Positions 24,536 through 36,657 of a stretch of DNA of 64,000 nt are shown piece by piece. The DNA is taken from positions 14,322,001-14,386,000 of the forward strand of contig NC_043024.1 of the NCBI RefSeq assembly GCF_006345805.1. Reading direction: 5' to 3'. How positions within the stretch are numbered: position 1 is the first letter of the stretch; every line of letters starts with the position of its first letter. This stretch comes from Octopus sinensis. Its lineage: Eukaryota. Below the pieces are notes generated by a model, which did no database searches, was not told the DNA's origin, and worked only from the letters and a program-made list of their open reading frames with translations. The translations under genes were made by a program, and so were the position numbers.

Positions 24536-25249
24536 GGATCTTTACCTTTTGACCAACTGATTTAAAAAATAATTTTTTGTAACTAAACACTTTGAAATTT
24601 CGTATACTGGTAGAATATGTCATATAAAACATCTTTTACTCTTAGCGTTTTTGAGAAAATTTTATGTTTATAAAGTTATTTTGTGTTCAAGTTCTCATAT
24701 TTTGGTGATTTCAACCAATCAATGATGTGTATTCAGCTGAATAAAATTACTGCCGTTGTTTGTCTACAAGAACTTCCGGCAGTGTATATTTCGTTTGTCA
24801 CTGCTATTTATTACAACCCTAAAGCTAACACCCTTACCCTAACCTTAAGACCTTAACCCTAACCCTAAAACCCTAAAACCCTAACCCTAACGCCCTAACC
24901 CTAAAACCTAACCGTAACCCTAAAACCCTAATCCTAACCCTAAAACCTTAAAACCAGTACAAACGCACAAACAATGTCATAAATAACAGTGACAAACGAA
25001 AAATACACTGCCGGAAGTTCTTGTTGACAAACAACGGCAGTAATTTTATTCAGCTGAATACACGTCATTGATTGGTTGAAATCACCAAAATACAAGAACT
25101 TCAACAAGAAATAACTTTGTAAACAAACTTTTCTCAAAAATGCTAAGAGTAAAAAAGATGTTTTATATGACACATTCTACCAGTATACGAAATTTGAAAG
25201 TGTTTAGTTACAAAACATTAGTTTTTAAATCTGTAGGTCAAAAGTATCC
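24536..25249. mobile_element. long-TIR palindromic MITE with central (CCCTAA)-like array
   Basis: About 270-bp inverted arms starting GGATC/GGATA; centre 24825-24950 is degenerate CCCTAA/CCCTAAAA. Confidence 0.8.
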
Positions 25250-25355
25250 TAATTGATATCAACTGTCCATTACCAAAGATCATCTACATGTTACCATTCC
25301 AATTATTTTCTTGTTCACTTACAAAACTGAATTAATTTTAACAATTTTTGTTTAG

Positions 25356-25447
25356 GGTCGTTGTGTCCCACCTCAGCAATGTCCCTGTCGTTATGGTGAT
25401 TCATGGGAAAATGCAGGATCAGTTAAAAGAATTGGTTGCAAAGAACT
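25356..25447 (+). CDS. exon h (TIL' end, E' start)
   Basis: tgtttAG| ... |GTaagt; phase 0 to 2. GRCVPPQQCPCRYGDSWENAGSVKRIGCKE. Confidence 0.92.
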
Positions 25448-25554
25448 GTAAGTTATTTTTAGTAACTATTTTTTCCTTTTCGCTAGACCACTGGTAGCGG
25501 AGAATTTTTCTAGAATTTTTCTAGAATTTTTTTTGCTACCCTAAGATTTATTAA

Positions 25555-25601
<47 letters not shown>

Positions 25602-25976
25602 AATAATATATAAATATAAAAATATACATACATATATATATATATATATATATTTGTATATATATATATTTAAAATTTATAAGTTTAATTTATTTAAATA
25701 TTTTTTAAATTTTTAACTTTTATATTTTTAAATTAATTTTATGTATTGGCTTATGTTTTTCACTGTTTGATATGTCTAATAGTGGTTTTATCTCTAATTT
25801 AATATAATATAATATATATATATATATATATATTTATTTATTTTGAATTAATTTTGCATTTGGCAGTTCTATATTTAAGAGACAAGGAACTCTGCACATC
25901 ACTTACATTATTTACATTCGATGGATACCTGGCCTCATCTTGTTCATTGCCAACACAACGCTTCGGCTGATATACC

Positions 25977-26206
25977 TATTTCTTTACTACCCACAAGGGG
26001 CTAAACACAGAGAGGACAAACAAGGACAGACAAACGGATTAAGTCGATTATATTGATCCCAGTGCATAAGTGGTACTTAATTTATCGACCCCGAAAGGAT
26101 GAAAGGGAAAGTCAACCTCAGTGGAATTTGAACTCAGAATGTAACGGCAGACGAAATACGGCTACGCATTTCGCCCGGCGTGCTAATGTTTCTGCCAGCT
26201 CACCGC
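25977..26206 (-). mobile_element. SINE-B inserted into a family A hammerhead
   Basis: 16-bp TSD CTTCGGCTGATATACC at 25961-25976 and 26207-26222. Confidence 0.9.
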
Positions 26207-27199
26207 CTTCGGCTGATATACCCTCCAGCCCTCCTCAGGTGCCTTGCAGAAGTCTCGAACCTGGGCTCCCATTCCCAAGGCAATCAAGATGAGGACAGAT
26301 ATCTGTCGAATGTAAATAATGTAAGTGATGTAATTTTACATTTGTTTGGCATTGTACAGATTAATGCTCGACACTCAACAGGCTCCATTTCACACTTGAC
26401 TCAGTTCAAACACCTATAAATCAGAAACCACAATTTTTTCAGAGCTGTAATTTACCACTTAATCTATAGAGATATAAGTAATTGCACATGCAAAATGTCA
26501 GCTAGATCAAACAACTGCAAGTGGGTCAGGGGCATTACTTATTGAACGTCCCTCGTAACTGCTCCCTTACTGCTTTTTTATGTTTAAAACTTTCTAAATC
26601 TATATGAAGCAATGATTTAATTATAAGACAGTTTATGACTACCAGTCTGTGAGCATCAAATGAAAAGACAAAGCCCCCAAGGACTCGTAATTATTTGTAG
26701 AAGATTAAAATTATTTAAACCCAAAATTTATAACTCTCTTTACTCCTTTACTCTTTTACTTGTTTCAGTCATTTGACTGCGGCCATGCAGGAGCACCGCC
26801 TTTAGTTGAACAAATCGACCCCAGGACTTATTCTTTGTAAGCCCAGTACTTATTCTATCGGTCTCTTTTGCCGAACCACTAAGTGATGGGGACGTAAACA
26901 CACTAGCATCGGTTGTCAAGTGATGTTGGGGGGGGGGGACAAACACAGATGCACAAACATACACACACACATACATATGTATACATATATACGATGGGCT
27001 TCTTTCAGTTTCCGTCTACCAAATCCACTCACTAGGCTTTGGTCGGCCTGAGGCTATAGCAGAAGACACTTGCCCAAGATGCCACACAGTGGGACTGAAC
27101 CCGGAACCATGTGGTTGGTAAGCAAGCTACTTACCACACAGCCACTCCTGCACCTAAGTAACTTTTATCAGTGATCCTTTTCTTGTACTTGTTTTGCAG

Positions 27200-27249
27200 A
27201 AAATGTAGAAATGCCACCTGGATAGATGCTGATGTAGGTGACTGCCCAG
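27200..27249 (+). CDS. exon i (E' end, 50 nt)
   Basis: ttttgcAG| ... |GTaaga; phase 2 to 1, the only phase combination linking exons h and j. (L)KCRNATWIDADVGDCP. Confidence 0.87.
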
Positions 27250-28719
27250 GTAAGATATGGTATTGGAAAAGAATTCAAATATATTTCTTAAATGGTTACG
27301 TACATTTTATGGAGTCTTCCACTGTGTAGAATTAATAGAACAGGGGTAGTATATTTTGAAGTTGGTGAGTGCATTACAAGAGAACTGAAGTAGGACGCCA
27401 GGGCTTTGTGGTGTGTTCACTCTGCAAAGCTCCAGCTGGGCTTGAAGATATTGGTGTAGCAAAGAGGAGAGCCATACATTTCATGGCAAAGAATTCATCA
27501 AGGTATCTTTTTATATCATCCAAGGAATTGAAATTTTTACCATTAAGACTATTCTGCAGAGACCTGAATAAGTGGAAATCTGAAGGAGCAATATCTGGTG
27601 AATATGGAGGGTGGGGTAACGACTTTGCCGTTCATCCTTTTGGGGTCGATAAATAAAGTACCAGTTACGCACTGGGGTCGATGTAATCGACTTAATCCGT
27701 TCGTCTGTCCTTGTTTGTCCCCTCTATGTTTAACCCCCTGTGGGCAATAAAGAAATATATATTTTGAAGAAAATTGCTTCAACTGATGTTAATCTTGTGG
27801 TAAAAAGCTCCATAAGTTAACAGAGCTACCTGAAACATTGAAGCCACACAATCCTAAGACAATATTGTACCCTGAATGATTCTAATGCTTTTCTTACATG
27901 CCTAATTTCATTAGTTCTATACTCTTGTGCTTGAACCTATCTTATAAAGAGATAAGTTTGTTCATGTCTTAACTGCAGACTATTGATGGTCTGTAAGGAC
28001 ACCGTATTTCATTATGCAACCAAAATATACTACAAAGTAGATTAAACGTTTTTATAAGTCAATACCATGTACTGTGAAGGAGCTTACGATCGTGAGGTTG
28101 TGAGTTCGAATCCCGGACCGGGCTGTGTGTTGTGTTCTTGAGCAAGACATTTTATTTCACATTACTCCAGTTTACTCAGCTGTAGAAATGAGTTGCGACG
28201 TCACAGGTGCCAACCCGTATCGGCCCTTGCCTTTCTCTTGGATAACATCGGTGGTGTGGAGAGGGGAGGCCTGTATGCATAGGTGACTGCTGGTCTTCTA
28301 TAAACATCATTACCCAGACTTGTGCTTGGGAGGGTAACTTTCTAGGTGCAATCCTATGGTCAGTCATGACCGAAGGGGTCTCAGCAACCATGTACTACTG
28401 TGTTAGCAGTGCTATTACATTACTTGTTAAGGTCATCTCTGCAGATTTACTTTAGAAATTATAGCCAGCACTGATTTTGTTATGACATTTTGTATCCGAG
28501 ATTCCTGATGAAAACAATGATATGATCAAAGATGAAAAATAGATAATGGGCATATATGCCCATTATCTTTTTCAGGAGCTTTTGCCCCTTCATCAACACC
28601 CATCCAACCCATTAACCATCGATGAACACATTGCTTAAACAGCCACTAAATACAGCAGTGTAATGTCATTGAATATAGCAATTTTACATACTAAACAAAT
28701 TCCTGGAAGCTGGTATGTA

Positions 28720-29286
28720 TTGGGTTGTCTGGAAAGTTCATGCCGATTTATAGGAGCTTACCTTCCGATTTATTTTAGGACATGATTGTGTTCATAAAAT
28801 AGGATTTGACTACACCTCCATTTAGAGCACAGTTTAAGCTGTCTTTTCATGGAAGAAGGTTTACGTTCCTATAACTTTGTGTTAATTCTGTAACCCTTTA
28901 AAATGGAAGATAAGAAAGTTCATTTTCGGCACTTGATGCTTTGGGAACCAGACAAAAATTACTGCAGCTTGGCTGGGATGTGTTACCCCACCCTCCATAT
29001 TCACCAGATATTGCTCCTTCAGATTTCCACTTATTCAGGTCTCAGCAGAATAGTCTTAATGGTAAAAATTTCAATTCCTTGGATGACATAAAAAGATACC
29101 TTGATGAATTCTTTGCCATGAAACCACCTCAATTCTGGGAAGAGGGTATTTTCAAGTTAAAGGAAAGATGGAGATGCATTGTGCAACAAAATGGTTCATA
29201 TTTGGTTGATTAAAAGTTTAATGGCAAGTATTTATTGACCTTTTTCTTTCCTTTAAAAACCGGCACAAACTTTCCGGACAACCCAG
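28720..29286 (+). mobile_element. internally deleted mariner, copy 2 (567 bp)
   Basis: TA|TTGGGTTGTCTGGAAAG ... CTTTCCGGACAACCCAG|TA; HPPYSPDIAPSDFHLFRS; same deletion junction as copy 1. Confidence 0.9.
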
Positions 29287-30424
29287 TAAATATTAATGAC
29301 CCGTAGGGACACCATATTTTGTTATGCAACCAATATATACTATAGATTAAACGTTTTTATAAGTCGATCTGTGTTCTACAGTTTTAACAGTGCTATTATA
29401 TCACTTTTTAAGATTATCTCCACAGATTTTCTGTAGAAAATGTGCCAACACAAATGTGGCACATGTGACATTGCAACTCATTTCTACAGCTGAGTGAACT
29501 GGAGCAACATGAAATAAAGTGTCTTGCTCAAGAACACAACATGCAGCCCAGTCTGGGATTCGAACTCACAATCTCACAATCATAAGCTCGATGCTCTAAC
29601 TTCTGAGCCATGCACCTTCACAGTACATGCTACTGACTTATAAAAGGTGAAAGAAGACATGCACTCAACACCAGAGCTGAAGACACCTCCGAAAGGGGTG
29701 CCCGGCCACATCAAAATGGTAGAGGAGTAGGGGCCGAAACCAGACGTAGTTCTTCTTGATGATGTCTTGAGCTAACTGGATCCTATAAAGGAGATACACG
29801 CCGGGCGAAATGCGTAGCCAGCCGTATTTTGTCTGCCGGTACGTTCTGAGTTCAAATTCCGTCGAGGTCGACTTTACCTTTCATCCTTTCGGGGTCGATA
29901 AATTAAGTACCAGTTACGCACTGGGATCGATGTAATCGACTTAATCCGTTTGTCTGTCCTTGTTTGTCCCCTCTGTGTTTAGCCCCTTGTGGGTAGTAAA
30001 GAAATATATTGTGGTAGCAGACCACAAAACATGGTTAAAATTCTCATGGTTGCACGTTGCTAAGAAATCAACCTTTACTATTGCCTGGAGTAATGAGGAC
30101 TGTTTTGTTTGGTTTTATTGAAATTGTCAATAGGTTTATCTAAACTTTAAGCAAACTAACCATTTTGTTCTATTATTCTGCCCTCAATCAGTCTCAAGAA
30201 AAAATTCTAGCTAGAAGGTGCTAGAAGGTCGATTATATTATCTGCTGAAGCTGAATTTACTGATGGTGACTTACCAAAAGTGGGGTTTAAAGTGGTGGTG
30301 TTGATGAGGGGGATGATGTCTTTGTATATTCCTGGCAGTGTCTGTTAATTCCTAATTCCTCCAAGCTGTATTTTGTTGAGCTATTTCTCATACCATCTCA
30401 AGATTGGTGTTAGATTTTGTTAGT

Positions 30425-30816
30425 GGAGGCGCAATGGCCCTGTGGTTAGGGCAGCGGACTCGCGGTCATAGGATCGCGGTTTCAATTCCCAGACCGGGCG
30501 TTGTGAGTGTTTATTGAGCAAAAACACCTAAAGCTCCACGAGGCTCCGGCAGGGGATGGTGGTGATCCCTGCTGTACTCTTTCACCACAACTTTCTCTCA
30601 CTCTTACTTCCTGTTTCTGTTGTACCTGTATTTCAAAGGGGTCGGCCTTGTCACTCTCTGTGTCATGCTGAATATCCCCAAGAACTATGTTAAGGGTACA
30701 TGTGTCTGTGGAGTGCTCAGCCACTTACACGTTAATTTCACGAGCAGGCTGTTCCGTTGATTCGGATCAACCGGAACCCTCGTCGTCGTAACCGACGGAG
30801 TGCTTCCATCCACCCC
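30425..30816 (+). mobile_element. SINE-C (about 390 bp, tRNA-like head)
   Basis: 13-bp TSD AGATTTTGTTAGT. Other copies 5420-5802 and 6980-7360 (minus, TSD TGAGCTTATGT), 54009-54387 (minus, TSD ATTGCAGAAGGT); partials 1690-2046, 4765-4940, 31484-31790. Confidence 0.9.
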
Positions 30817-30964
30817 AGATTTTGTTAGTTGAAAGGATAAAATATCGAATTTACTTTTTCCTTCTGTTGGGATACAAATTTAATGAGAGTTGTCAATGGT
30901 ATCAAGATGACAGTAATTTAAACAATAATAATTACTAGATTCTTTCCATTATTTTTTTTTTTAG

Positions 30965-31309
30965 CAACCTGCTTTGTTTCTGGAGACCCACATTACCAAA
31001 CATTTGATGGTAAATTCTATTCCTTCCAAGGAGATTGTGCTTATGTATTGGCTCAATCATGTGAAGATAATACTTTTTCAGTCGTTACAAGAAATGTGAA
31101 ATGTGGCTTAACCGGAGTGACTTGTACCAAAGAGATTACAGTTACTTTAAAAGGAAATGTCATAAGTTTATTCAAGGACAAGCCAACAACATTAAATGAA
31201 GTTGAAATACCAGAAGAAGGATATAGTTCTTCCAACATTATGATAAAAAGAAGTGGAATATTCCTCAGTATTCTCACCAAATTTGGTTTGACCGTTCAAT
31301 GGGATTTAG
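30965..31309 (+). CDS. exon j (VWD3, GDPH motif)
   Basis: poly-T AG| ... |GTaaat; phase 1 to 1. ATCFVSGDPHYQTFDGKFYSFQGDCAYVLAQSC...VKCGLTGVTCTKEITV...VQWDL. Confidence 0.95.
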
Positions 31310-33028
31310 GTAAATACCATCTATTTTCTTGTCATATTTCTAGAAAATCTATAATGAAGATGTTTCTTCTAACTCAGTTTAATCAATATTTGAATTGTTT
31401 AACATGCTTCCAATAACAGGAATTCGTCTCTGATTCTTTTTCTTTTCCAATATTTTCTTAAATGTGGTTAATATATAACTAAAGTGGAGGCACAATGGCC
31501 CAGTGGTTAGGGCAGCAGACTCACGGTTGTAGGATTGCGGTTTCAATTCTCAGACCGGGCATTGTGAGTGTATGTTGAGCAAAAACACCTAAAGCTCTAC
31601 AAGGCTCCGGCAGGGGGTGGTAGTGAACCCTGCTGTACTCTTTCACCACAACTTTCACTCTTTCTTCCTGTTTCTATTGTACCTGTATTTCAAAGGGCCA
31701 GCCTTGTCACACTCTGTGTCATGCTGAATCTCCCCAAGAAGTACGTTAAGGGTACACGTGTCTGTGGAGTGCTCAGCCACTTGCATGTTAATAAATGAGC
31801 TGCGACGTCACTGGTACCAAGCTGTATCAGCCCTTGCCTTTCCCTTGGATAACATTGGTGGCATGGAGAGGGGAGGCTGGTATGCGTGGGCAACTACTGG
31901 TCTTCCATAAAAACAACCTTGCCCAGACTTGTGCCTTGGAGGGTAACTTTCTAGGTGCAATCCCATGGTCATTCATGACCGAAGGGAGTCACAAAAATAT
32001 GACTAAAATGAAATTGAAAATAGAATATAAACAATGAAACAAAATAATTTGGTAAATGATTTATTTAATTGCCACGTAGTAAACTGTATTATAAATACAT
32101 ATTAAAAAGGTAGGGTAATTAGGCCCATTACTAAATTTAGTTGGATACAGGCTGCAAGCTGGCAGAATCATTAGCATGCAGGGCAAAATGCTTAGCAGTT
32201 CAAATTCTGCCAAGGTTGACTTTGCCTTTCATCCTTTCAGGATTGATACAATAAGTACCAGACAAGTGCTGGGGTCGATATAATTAACTTACCTTCTCCC
32301 CCAAAATTACTGGCCTTGTGCCAAAATTTGAAACCAGTATATTAGGTTGGATAGAAGAACTTTGCTATGCACAACACTTTCCATTGAGCTGGAAAGAATT
32401 TTTTTCCTCATTTTTGATGGTGAAATTATCAGGGGTTTCTACCCTTGAAGCAATCATGATACTGGGCATGATTGAAAATTGGCTCAGATAACCAAACACT
32501 GATACACTCCATGGTTTGTCTTTGGACCTCATTGAAAATGCTGGTAAAGGCCAATTCTTGAAACAGATAAGCCCAGATGAAATGAACTAAAAGTTCATTT
32601 CTTTCAAGTATGATATGATACTGGAGTTAAGACGAAACTGAATTTACTGCAATTTTACAATCAGATTGATATATATATATATCTATATATATATATCAAT
32701 CATCATCATTTAACATCTATCTTCCATGCTGGCATGGATTGCACGGTTTGAGAGGAGCTGGCAAGCTGGAAGACTGCACCACGTTCCATTGTTTTGATAT
32801 GCTTTTTACAGCTGGATACCCTTCTAAGATATATTCTATTTATACTAAATAATAAAATATGATTATACATTATATCTATATAGGCACAGGAGTGGCTGTG
32901 TGGTAATTAGCTTGCTAACCAGCCACATGGTTCCAGGTTCAGTCCCACTGCATGGCATCTTGGGCAAGTGTCTTCTGCTATAGGCCCGGGACGACCAATT
33001 TGGTAGACAGAAATGAAAGAAGCCTGTC

Positions 33029-33114
<86 letters not shown>

Positions 33115-33619
33115 TTGTGTGTCTGTGTTTGTCCTCCTTAGCAGTTCGGCAAAAGAGACCGATAGAATAAGTACTGGGCTTACAAAGAATAAGTCCCGGG
33201 GTCGATTTGCTCAACTAAAGGCGGTGCTCCAGCATGGCCACTGTCAAATGACTGAAACAAGTAAAAGAGTAAAGAGTAAAGAGAGTTCTTAAAGCCAATA
33301 ACTTTACAGAGTGGACTAATATTAAAGATAATAATGTAAATGACCCCGATAACATATATATATAAAGATAAAAATAAAAATAGCAATAAAAATAAAAATA
33401 TAAATAAGAATAAAAATGATATTAATAATAATTACAATAATTTTCATAGAGAAAAATATCATAATAATAATGAGTTCAGGGCTAATACAATAAACATAAT
33501 GAATAAGAATAAATATAAAAATAAAAATAAAAGACTAAATAATAGGAACAATAATGATGATGGTAACAGTATTGATAACAAACATTATAGTATAAATAAC
33601 ATAAACATAAAAAATAATA

Positions 33620-33810
33620 TTAATAATGGGAAAAAAATCTGGTTGATTGTTCATTGTGGCGCCCAGGTTAAAAACAACATTATAAAAGAAATCTGTCTTC
33701 TGTGTACACACAAATTTGCTAAAATAAGACTAATCAACACCCAGGATGAACGAAAAATTAAATGTAAACATAAACTGAATTGCCTATTTAATAGGATGAG
33801 ATAACATTTG
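33620..33810 (+). pseudogene. possible Penelope-like GIY-YIG C-terminal remnant
   Basis: KIWLIV...KEICLLCTHKFAKIRLINTQDERKIKCKHK fits the W..CxxC....LNxxxE...CxH pattern recalled for PLE endonuclease ends. Confidence 0.45.
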
Positions 33811-34205
33811 ATCCTTTGGAAAATAAATAAAACCCTAATTTTAAATCAAATAGAATTTAATCATAATACTTAGATATAATGTATAATCATATTTTATTAT
33901 TTAGTATAAATAGGATATATCTACTATATATATAGTCACAATGAGGATATTTAAACCCCTTATAGGGATATTTTATCCAAGATACACTGGTTTAATATAT
34001 TTTTTGGAGAGATATTTCTTCAATAAATATATTATAATATAAGATATTGTAAAATATCAAACATTATTATTGAGTTAGAAAAATAAGAGATTTAATGGAT
34101 ACAAATTAATTTATTAATTAATTAACATATTCACCTACACATTCTGTTGATGGCTATGCTTTGTAATAAACTTCAAATTGATTGTAAGCATCTTGTTATT
34201 TTCAG

Positions 34206-34411
34206 GTACAAGAATCTATGTCTTTCTAAAGAATTCATGGAAAAGGAAAGTTGAAGGACTTTGTGGAAATTTTGATGGAATAATGAACAATGACTTTTTA
34301 TCCAAACAGAAATCACTTGAGCAGAAACCTTCATCATTTGCACACTCGTGGAGGGTTTATGAATGCCCAGTCAGTGATAAATTGGATTCAGAAAATTATG
34401 AGCCGTGTGAG
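34206..34411 (+). CDS. exon k (VWD3 C-terminus)
   Basis: ttttcAG| ... |GTatat; phase 1 to 0. GTRIYVFLKNSWKRKVEGLCGNFDGIMNNDF...SFAHSWRVYECP...YEPCE. Confidence 0.94.
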
Positions 34412-34499
34412 GTATATAGCTGCATAAATAAAATTAATCTTATTAAGACTACAGAACAAGGCACTACTATATAATACGTTTATTTCACTTTCCTATATC

Positions 34500-34815
34500 A
34501 TCATCATCATCATCATCATCGTTTAACATCCGTTCTCCATGCTAGCATGGGTTGGACGGTTCGACCGGGGATCTGGGAAGCCAGAAGGCTGCATCAGGCT
34601 CCGGTCTTATCTGGCAAAGTTTCTACAGCTGGATGCCCTTCCTAACGCCAACCACTCCGTGAGTGTAGTGGGTGCTTTTTACGTGCCACTTGCACTGGTG
34701 CCAGGTGAGGCTGGCATCGGTCACGGTCGGATTGGTGCATTTTATGGAAGCCAGTCAAGGCGGCACTGGCTTCGGCTACGATTCGGATGGTGCTTTTTAC
34801 GTGCCACCGACACGT
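34500..34815 (-). mobile_element. RTE 3' UTR copy
   Basis: (TCA)n tail then reverse complement of the 11865-12272 sequence. Confidence 0.75.
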
Positions 34816-35507
34816 AAAAAGTAAACCTAATATAATTTTAATGTATTTCTCTAAATAAATTTTTACTTAGTTTAAAATGATTTTTGTTTGTGTATACAAA
34901 CACACACACACGTAGAGACAGATAGAATAAGTACTAGGCTTACAAAGAATAAGTTCTTGGGTTGATTTGCTCGACTAAAGGCGGTGCTCCAGCATGGCCA
35001 CAGTCAATTGACTGAAACAAGTAAAAGAGTAAAAGAGTATATATATATGTGTGTGTGTTTGACAACCGATGCTGGTGTGTTTACGTCCCCGTAACTTAGC
35101 AGTTTGGCAAAAGAGACCGATAGAATAAGTACTAGGCTTACAAAGAATAAGTCCTGGGGTCGATTTACTTGACTAAAGGCGGTGCTCCAGCATGGCCACA
35201 GTCAAATGACTGAAACAAGTAAAAGAGTAAAGAGTATATCTTCGATACCGGTTTTAGAGGTGTTGTAATTTGTCATGAAGAACTTGTTAGTCAGCCTGTA
35301 ACGAGTCAAAGACACTTCTTTCACACAACATACGGCCACTACCCCAACATCAACATATCAATTAGTTTCCTTAGGCGGTAGAAACATTGGCAGTAACAGA
35401 CCTGAAAACCTGGACTAAAGAAATGAGAATGTGTGTAAGATTGCTTAATGATGTGGTTACACCTGATACATCCTGGTATGCTTAATACAAATGGTACATG
35501 TATCAGT

Positions 35508-35995
35508 ACATGGCAGCGAGCTGGCAGAAACGTTAGCACACCGGACGAAATGCTTAGTGGTATTTCATCTGCCGTTACATTGTTTGTCCCCTCTATGTTT
35601 AGCCCCTTGTGGGTAGTAAAGAAATAGGTATTTCTTCTGCTGTTACGTTCTGAGTTCAAATTCCGCCGAGGTCGACTTTGCCTTTCATCCTTTCGAGGGT
35701 CGATTAAATAAGTACCAGTTACGCACTGGGGTCGATATAATCGACTTAATCCATTTGTCTGTCCTTGTTTGTCCCCTCTGTGTGTAGCCCCTTGTGGGTA
35801 GTAAAGAAATAGATATTTCATCTGCCTCTACGTTCTGCGTTCAAATTCCGCCGAGGTTGACTTTGCCTTTCATCCTTTTGGGGTCAATTAAATAAGTACC
35901 AGTTACGCACTGGGGTCGATATAATTGACTTAATACCTATGTCTGTCCTTGTTTGTCCCCTCTATGTTTAGCCCCTTATGGGTAATAAAGAAATA
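35508..35995 (+). mobile_element. SINE-B trimer
   Basis: One head plus three tails inside a single 15-bp TSD GGTACATGTATCAGT (35493-35507, 35996-36010). Confidence 0.88.
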
Positions 35996-36387
35996 GGTAC
36001 ATGTATCAGTTTAGAGAATGCGGTATATAAGCTCTGGTGTTCTGAAGGTTTTACTTGACTAAGGAGTGATTTTCCTATTATCAACATCTAGCAGAGTGGA
36101 CCGAGAGAATTTATAAGGGCACTGGCAGAGCAGATGCTCTATTATATATGTTGCCTTTGTTTGCAAGAATATTTAGGGATTAGAGAAGTTTCTCTATATG
36201 GTATCATGAACATGTATTCAAACAAATAACATAAATCTTTGTAAAAACAAAACAGATTCAAAGTGTTTTTCTTCATATAAGGGTGAACTATAAAATGAAT
36301 CCATTAATATCTTAAATTAAACCCATCTAAAATTTTTTAAGCTATGATATATATATTCCTATTTAACAATACAAATTCTTATTACAG

Positions 36388-36527
36388 AAAAATCCTTATC
36401 GAAAACCATGGGCAACAGACATGTGTAGCATAATTAAACATGGTCCTGTATTTGCTAAATGTCGTGCTTCCCTGCCAAATATTGTTATTGAAACTTACTA
36501 TCAAGATTGTCTTTTTGATGCTTGTGG
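36388..36527 (+). CDS. exon l (C8-3 first half)
   Basis: attacAG| ... |GTgagt; phase 0 to 2. KNPYRKPWATDMCSII...FAKCR...YYQDCLFDAC. Confidence 0.94.
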
Positions 36528-36657
36528 GTGAGTAAGAGTTGTTTTTAAATCATTTGCACTTTTCTAAAACTTCCAAATAATTTGTTTAATGGCAGTCCGT
36601 TATTATATCATTACTGGCATAATGTTTTGTGTTCATGTAAATTAACCAAGTACTTAA

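Noticed and set aside
24825-24950. Telomere or chromosome fusion site
   Set aside because: Short degenerate hexamers enclosed by MITE arms
29660-29760. HDV-like ribozyme on the minus strand
   Set aside because: Could not build the P1/P2/P3 nested pseudoknot
33340-33804. Independent Asn/Lys-rich host gene
   Set aside because: First two-thirds is A-rich low complexity within an intron; only the tail has a motif, reported as a possible PLE remnant
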